DNA of 29,131 bases from the IMG/VR virus record IMGVR_UViG_3300028029_000004, positions 1 through 29,131 of that record; one strand, written 5' to 3'. The translations under genes and the position numbers were made by a program. Every line of letters begins with the position of its first letter. The stretch's first letter is position 1. This document shows positions 25,502 through 29,131 of the stretch, in pieces. The DNA is from a virus. The notes beneath the pieces were generated by a model. It worked only from the letters and a program-made list of their open reading frames with translations, did not search any database and had not been told where the DNA came from.

Positions 25502-26006
25502 GAAAATGGTTCGTTCTGTAAGAATTAGAGCGTGTAAAATCCTTTCGACAGCCCATGTGTCCTGTAGAGATATTTACTGTCTCAACTTTCTTTCATTTAT
25601 CACATTGGACATTTCTTAAAAACAAAACATGTCCGTCCTCTCAAATAGGCTTGTGTTCCAAATACGTTTTCGAATCTCTCCGAGTTTTTGCAAAAGAGGC
25701 GTTGCCTAAAAATCAGAGAGTGAATGAGCTGAAAATATTACATGACACTGAAAGTACTTTTCGTGCAATCGGTAAAAACAGGCAAAAACAGCGTCGTAGA
25801 ATGGCTATACAAGGGCATCTATGAAGACGTGTAATATTATTGAAAAAGTGTAGCTACGTAAATATGAAAACGAGCAATTGAACCAATCCGAACTATTTAC
25901 ATGCTCTAATTTCTAAGAAATGTGTAATTGCCCGGAATTCAATAAATTATTCTGTAGAATTTCAAAGTTTACTGATCACGCGAATCCCTGTCGGAAAAGT
26001 TATGGA

Positions 26007-26079
26007 ATCTTGAAAAACGGGTGTAACTTTATTCTCGTTTTGAAAAAATCTAATATCTTGGAAAACGGCAGTAACTCTA
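26007..26079. repeat. Two 25-nt direct repeats ATCTTG(A/G)AAAACGG(GT/CA)GTAACT(T/C)TA with a 48-nt period
   Basis: Copies at 26007-26031 and 26055-26079, 21/25 identical. Embedded in a region full of GAAAA(A) words. Confidence 0.7.
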
Positions 26080-26130
26080 AACGCGAAAAAGATTGGAGAA
26101 CAGAATAACAGTAGACGGTGCATGGGGGTT

Positions 26131-26158
26131 TTGGGAGACTGACAAAACTTGATAGAAT
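26131..26158 (+). promoter_or_regulatory. Candidate extended -10 promoter TTGGGA-N16-TGaTAGAAT upstream of the tandem modules
   Basis: Hexamers at 26131-26136 and 26153-26158, with TG at 26150-26151. Confidence 0.35.
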
Positions 26159-26187
26159 ATTAAGTTTTCTGCTCTTACGTGTTCGTT

Positions 26188-26409
26188 TAGACAGATCCGA
26201 AAAGTTCTTAAAAGGGGGTATTTCTAATAGACCCATTCCCCCATTTCGGGGAGCGTGGGACGCAACAACTTAGGGGATTGCCACCTAGACAGATCCGAAA
26301 AGTTCTTAAAAGCGAGTATTCCAAATGTCCGTTTAACGGACTTTAGAAACTCTAACCCATTCGCCCGATTCGGCGAGCGTGAGACACAACAACTTAGAGA
26401 CCTTTTTTT
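26188..26409 (+). repeat. Two tandem composite modules (box A 27 nt + box B 42-nt hairpin). Candidate tandem structured ncRNAs or iterons. Ends in a T7 run.
   Basis: Box A TAGACAGATCCGAAAAGTTCTTAAAAG at 26188-26214 and 26286-26312 (27/27). Box B at 26232-26273 and 26356-26397 (36/42). Stem TTCCCC/GGGGAG in copy 1 versus TTCGCC/GGCGAG in copy 2 is a compensatory change. Closing helix CTCTAA/TTAGAG, then ACC and T7 at 26403-26409. Confidence 0.7.
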
Positions 26410-26424
26410 CAAATATAAATACAT

Positions 26425-26469
26425 AACCCCCAACGTGGGGGTTGACATTGGGGATAACCATGCTATGAT
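26425..26469 (+). promoter_or_regulatory. Near-consensus promoter TTGACA(26442-26447)-N16-TGcTATGAT(26464-26469), abutted by the 19-bp GC-rich inverted repeat AACCCCCAacgTGGGGGTT (26425-26443)
   Basis: Hexamers and the 8+8 inverted repeat were read directly. GGAGGTGAG SD and ATG 26494 lie downstream. Confidence 0.6.
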
Positions 26470-26493
26470 ACCCATAGAGATTGGAGGTGAGAC

Positions 26494-26742
26494 ATGAGTA
26501 GAGGAAGACATAGAAGCCATATTCAGTTGAAGAAGCTAGAGGAAGACTGGCTGTTGAGTCGAGTAGCTGCAGACGAGGAAGAAGAACTGTCCTTCAGTGC
26601 AGCGGTGCGAGAAATCCTGGTAACCCACCCAATATTCAGGGAAGTTCAAAGGCGGTTACAGGTAGATCCTGGGTTCAAAGAGGAATACGAGGTGCTGGTA
26701 GCTAAAGGCAGAGAGATTAGACGTGCTAACAAACGGAGGTAG
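26494..26742 (+). CDS. Ribbon-helix-helix (CopG/Arc-like) DNA-binding protein (putative early regulator)
   Basis: GGAGGTGAG SD. N-terminal pattern SHIQLKKLEEDWLLSRVAADEEEELSFSAAVREIL fits strand-helix-helix. It is the first gene after a strong promoter. Confidence 0.5.
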   Translation: MSRGRHRSHIQLKKLEEDWLLSRVAADEEEELSFSAAVREILVTHPIFREVQRRLQVDPGFKEEYEVLVAKGREIRRANKRR

Positions 26743-26746
26743 AGAG

Positions 26747-26959
26747 ATGAAGCATGTGAGTAAGATAAACAAGGTTCTGAACCTATTATTGAAAGGACAT
26801 ACAATATCCCAGCAGGAGGCTATAGCATTCTTTAGTTATTACCGCCTGAGCGATGGAATCTACAGATTGAAGAAAAGAGGATACGATATTAAGACTACAA
26901 TGATATACCTTCCAAATAACGAGAGGTATGCTAGATATGAACTAAGGAGGCGTTTCTAA
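26747..26959 (+). CDS. Helix-turn-helix DNA-binding protein (HTH_39-like, 70 aa)
   Basis: GGAGGTAGAG SD before ATG 26747. Pattern KVLNLLLKGHTISQQEAIAFFSYYRLSDGIYRLKKRGYDIKT....RYARYEL matches the small phage winged-HTH family as I remember it. Confidence 0.55.
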   Translation: MKHVSKINKVLNLLLKGHTISQQEAIAFFSYYRLSDGIYRLKKRGYDIKTTMIYLPNNERYARYELRRRF

Positions 26960-27342
26960 TGTTTAAGTTTACAGACAAGAAAGTAATTACCCGAACCTTA
27001 TTTGAAGCATTTAGTAGGTTCGAACTGATTGGTTGTATGCCTGTGAAATTAGAAGTGCAGTTTGTTGGCCGTAAATACTCTTTAGAGATATCATACACTG
27101 TAGAAATGGAGATATCGCCTACCGGTTATTTGCACAGGACGATGTATTATGATTATGAAACGATTGAGCGTATCATCGAAGCCTATGATAAAGCTACCGT
27201 CGGATTTTATCTTTGGGAGCGGATTGAGAAACAGATAACATATGATGCATATTCTGTTATCGAAGGGGACAATGCTGATAACCACAACACATTCAAGAGA
27301 TTGCTTAATGAAGTGAATGATACCATGAAACGGGAGGGATAA
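26959..27342 (+). CDS. Hypothetical protein (127 aa)
   Basis: TAATG junction with the upstream gene. No recognisable motif. Confidence 0.5.
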   Translation: MFKFTDKKVITRTLFEAFSRFELIGCMPVKLEVQFVGRKYSLEISYTVEMEISPTGYLHRTMYYDYETIERIIEAYDKATVGFYLWERIEKQITYDAYSVIEGDNADNHNTFKRLLNEVNDTMKREG

Positions 27343-27343
27343 C

Positions 27344-27703
27344 GTGGATCAGACATATATCAGCGGGCGCTTAGGGCGAGATGCTGAGTCAAAGGCTACT
27401 ACTGCAGGAGATATAACAAAGTTCTCGGTGGCTGTAGGATATGGCAAAAAGGACAACAGAAAGACTATGTGGTACGACGTAGTAACCTGGCACGGAACTG
27501 CCATAGCCTGCAAGGGGCTCAAGAAAGGCGACGCAGTAATAGTAGTGGGAAAACTGCGCATCAACGAATGGACAGACCGCGATGGCGTTAAAAGGCGCAC
27601 ATGGAGCCTGCAGGCAGACACGGTAGGGAAGGTGCTGTACGTAAAAGAGAGTAAATCGCAGGAAGAGAGCAGAGAATCAACTAATGATGACCCAGCATAC
27701 TGA
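27344..27703 (+). CDS. ssb: Single-stranded DNA-binding protein
   Basis: GGGAGGG SD before GTG 27344. OB-fold pattern ISGRLGRDAE....FSVAV.......TMWYDVVTWHGTAIACKGLKKGDAVIVVGKLRINEWTDRDGVKRRTWSLQADTV, with an acidic C-terminal tail. Confidence 0.8.
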   Translation: MDQTYISGRLGRDAESKATTAGDITKFSVAVGYGKKDNRKTMWYDVVTWHGTAIACKGLKKGDAVIVVGKLRINEWTDRDGVKRRTWSLQADTVGKVLYVKESKSQEESRESTNDDPAY

Positions 27704-27716
27704 AAGGATGGGTAAA

Positions 27717-28076
27717 ATGAACAGAGCAAGATTGGTGACTGTAACGCTAGGATTATTTCTCTTAGTAATGGCTTGTAATGGGAATGATGTTATGGGCCCG
27801 GATACAACTTCGACAGTGACATATAAAGTTGTAAGTGACGCAGATTCGGTACGGGTGGAATATCTGGATGCGGATTGTATGTATATTGTTGACGTATTAT
27901 CCTCTCCTTGGGAAATATCTATTCAGAAAAAGATTGGTACGCTTGCATATTTAGCGGCGTATAATCTGAGTGAGACCGGGAGTCTTACGATTATGATCAC
28001 TATTGATGGACACGATTACCGCCGGCATACCGAAGCTCCTTGGGGATGGCTTGAGTATATGCTAGTGGTGGAATGA
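27717..28076 (+). CDS. Lipoprotein (119 aa), paralogue of 2699-3064, MmpS-like beta-sandwich pattern
   Basis: AAAGGA SD 9 nt before ATG 27717. Signal peptide MNRARLVTVTLGLFLLVMAC with lipobox V-M-A-C. The mature part (TVTYKVVSDADSVRVEYLD.....SPWEISI.....GSLTIMITIDGHDY) resembles MmpS-type proteins. Confidence 0.7.
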   Translation: MNRARLVTVTLGLFLLVMACNGNDVMGPDTTSTVTYKVVSDADSVRVEYLDADCMYIVDVLSSPWEISIQKKIGTLAYLAAYNLSETGSLTIMITIDGHDYRRHTEAPWGWLEYMLVVE

Positions 28077-28080
28077 AAGG

Positions 28081-28578
28081 ATGGATAAAATGGACCATAC
28101 GAGACCGGACATAAAGCAGATGAGGAAAGAGATCAACGATAATTTGCGGAAGCTTGAGGTATTGAACGGTAAAAGCCCGGGTACGTATTCACTGCCGGAT
28201 TCCGCACCGCATATAGTAGAGTACGGCGACGCAGTTCACTTTCATTCAGCGAATATCTCTGGGATCCTATTCGATATGCTAGGGCAAGAAGGGGGTGTAT
28301 ACGTTGCTAACGAGTCAGTTGTGCTGAAGAAGGGTAAAGACACCTGGTTGCACCTAAAAGGGAAGGCATTGACCTCCTGTAGCCTTGGAGACATCTCTGC
28401 TGATGGCATAGGACACCTCGTAAAGAAGGAAGTTCAGGATTTCAAGATTGATGAGCTGTCTGTAGGAGTGTCCATCCAGCAGCTTGTACCGCTTTTCACG
28501 CAGGCCCTGAGGGTGTTGGAAGGTGTGTCTGACCTGATCACAGACTATGAAGTTGTGCTGGACAAAAACCAAACTTGA
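28081..28578 (+). CDS. Hypothetical protein (165 aa)
   Basis: ORF follows the lipoprotein gene. ATG 28090 is an alternative start with better SD spacing. Confidence 0.5.
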   Translation: MDKMDHTRPDIKQMRKEINDNLRKLEVLNGKSPGTYSLPDSAPHIVEYGDAVHFHSANISGILFDMLGQEGGVYVANESVVLKKGKDTWLHLKGKALTSCSLGDISADGIGHLVKKEVQDFKIDELSVGVSIQQLVPLFTQALRVLEGVSDLITDYEVVLDKNQT

Positions 28579-28602
28579 CAGAGGGATTAAACCGACTATA
28601 AT
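28575..28602 (+). promoter_or_regulatory. Consensus sigma70 promoter TTGACA(28575-28580)-N16-TATAAT(28597-28602)
   Basis: Both hexamers match the consensus perfectly. The -35 overlaps the stop codon of the upstream gene. Predicted start near A28609. Confidence 0.65.
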
Positions 28603-28606
28603 TGTT

Positions 28607-28719
28607 TTAACAAAACAGGGAGAATACAGTGAATTTTAATAATCCGCCTTTTGGAAGAGTGACTTTGATGCAAACCGCATCGTCTCCCTGTTTGTTAACC
28701 AAGAGGCGGGTTTTTATTT
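28607..28719 (+). promoter_or_regulatory. Structured ~110-nt leader or small RNA with two long competing helices and a terminal U-tract
   Basis: Helix A: 28607-28623 with 28683-28698 (16 bp, one bulge). Helix B: 28644-28654 with 28699-28709 (11 bp including one G-U), followed by G+TTTTTATTT at 28710-28719. The order A-B-A'-B' with no linker between A' and B' makes the two full helices mutually exclusive. Confidence 0.55.
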
Positions 28720-28926
28720 ATGAAAGCAGGAATCATGACCAAGCAAGAGGCTGATAGGATTACCAACCGACAGATCGCTCAGTTACTTGATTCAATCGAG
28801 GACGTGTTCACGTTACCCGATATTGTTAAACAGCAAATTATCAAGTATATGCATTATCTGAAGGCTAATCTTATCGTAAATCAGGAAGGACTTACCAATG
28901 GAGAACATCACCAAGATTTGCGGTAA
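28720..28926 (+). CDS. Hypothetical protein (68 aa; 63 aa if started at ATG 28735)
   Basis: First ORF after the structured leader. ATG 28735 has the better SD (AGCAGGA). Its 3' end overlaps the HNH start by 29 nt. Confidence 0.5.
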   Translation: MKAGIMTKQEADRITNRQIAQLLDSIEDVFTLPDIVKQQIIKYMHYLKANLIVNQEGLTNGEHHQDLR

Positions 28927-29131
28927 ATGCGGAGTACTGAAGCCTGTTACCGAGTTTCACAAGAACAAAAGCACGACTGATGGGCTACATCATCAGTGTA
29001 AAACATGTAGGACTGAATATTATGCTGAGCATCGGGAGGAGATAATTGCTCGTAAAAGGGCTTATCGTTTCGAGCATAGGGAAGAGATACGAGCCCGCAA
29101 CAAAGCTTATCGCTCCAAACATAGGGAAGAG
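28898..29131 (+). CDS. HNH endonuclease, N-terminal part (continues at nt 1-329 through the terminal overlap)
   Basis: ATG 28898 with the frame open to the window end, so there is no stop and it is absent from the ORF track. Translation MENITKICGKCGVLKPVTEFHKNKSTTDGLHHQCKTCRTEYYAEHREEIIARKRAYRFEHREEIRARNKAYRSKHREE has an N-terminal CxxC...CxxC zinc finger followed by 15-aa YxxxHREE repeats. Confidence 0.8.
   Translation, partial: MENITKICGKCGVLKPVTEFHKNKSTTDGLHHQCKTCRTEYYAEHREEIIARKRAYRFEHREEIRARNKAYRSKHREE
29100..29131. repeat. Second copy of the terminal overlap (equals nt 1-32)
   Basis: 32/32 identity with the window start. Confidence 0.8.

Noticed and set aside
25669-25676. TTCGAATC word resembling a tRNA T-loop
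   Set aside because: The flanking bases (ACGTT / TCTCC) are not complementary, and no acceptor or anticodon arms can be drawn. It is not a tRNA.
25555-26108. + strand ORFs 25555-25824 (89 aa) and 25920-26108 (62 aa) in the non-coding region
   Set aside because: They have no SD and odd composition. The second simply translates the 25-nt DNA repeats (ILKNGCNF / ILENGSNS). I cannot support them as genes, although the Cys-rich 62-aa ORF cannot be excluded without Ribo-seq.
26188-26214. The reverse complement of box A shares about 10 nt (TAAGAACTTT) with a Cas12a-type repeat as I remember it
   Set aside because: The match is short, recalled from memory, and lacks the repeat's essential 3' stem-loop. 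It is probably coincidence.
26232-26397. Possible mini CRISPR array (two hairpin-containing repeats)
   Set aside because: There are only two copies. The 82-nt interval between them contains the conserved box A, so it is a duplicated unit rather than a unique spacer. There are no cas genes in the window. I keep only the weaker idea that the hairpins mimic a repeat.
26449-26457. DnaA-box-like TTATCCCCA (minus strand) inside the spacer of the 26442 promoter
   Set aside because: This is an 8/9 match to TTATCCACA. I estimate several such matches would occur by chance in 2 x 29 kb. It is a single copy only.
26000-26520. Minus-strand ORFs 26000-26236 and 26224-26520 as a possible divergent repressor
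   Set aside because: They have no SD and no HTH pattern. Both contain FKNFSDLS only because they cross box A. The second runs through the early promoter. Every other gene is on the + strand.
1-29131. Lysogeny module (integrase, repressor, attP) or defence/anti-defence enzymes
   Set aside because: No tyrosine or serine recombinase motifs, no divergent repressor pair, and no large enzymatic accessory genes are seen in any frame. The phage may be virulent, or may depend on functions that cannot be recognised by eye.

Overview
The window reads as a complete, circularly closed genome of a tailed dsDNA phage with siphovirus-type tail genes. It is about 29.1 kb, and nt 1-32 are identical to nt 29100-29131. 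Every gene I can support is on the + strand. Genes mostly abut or overlap through ATGA/TAATG junctions, and most have AGGAGG- or GGGGGTGG-type Shine-Dalgarno sequences.

Gene order: HNH endonuclease (wraps the window junction), replication organiser, DnaB-like helicase, small early genes including a lipoprotein, small and large terminase, portal, scaffold/protease, decoration protein, major capsid, head-tail joining genes, major tail, chaperone, tape measure, distal tail/hub/fibre genes, a cluster of very small membrane and zinc-ribbon genes, M15 endolysin plus an odd membrane protein, a 992-nt ORF-free repeat-rich region, RHH and HTH regulators, SSB, a second lipoprotein, and further early genes.

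I see no integrase, repressor, DNA polymerase, tRNA, rRNA, cas genes or true CRISPR array. The host is probably a diderm bacterium with sigma70-type promoters: three near-consensus TTGACA-N16/17-TATGAT/TATAAT promoters sit in three of the four largest intergenic gaps.

Most interesting signals:
1. The 25502-26493 non-coding region. It holds two tandem composite modules (identical 27-nt box plus a 42-nt extended hairpin) that differ by a compensatory base-pair change. This suggests tandem structured ncRNAs, hairpin decoys or iterons.
2. A consensus promoter followed by a ~110-nt leader with two long, mutually exclusive helices and a U-tract (28575-28719).
3. A 20-bp operator, ACTGTCA-N6-TGACA(G/C)T, shared by the terminase and portal upstream regions.
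4. Several SD-led or translationally coupled micro-genes that the ORF track misses.
5. A post-endolysin protein with an inner-membrane anchor and an OMP-like C-terminus.

All functional calls come from motifs read by eye and from gene order. No database search or folding program was available.
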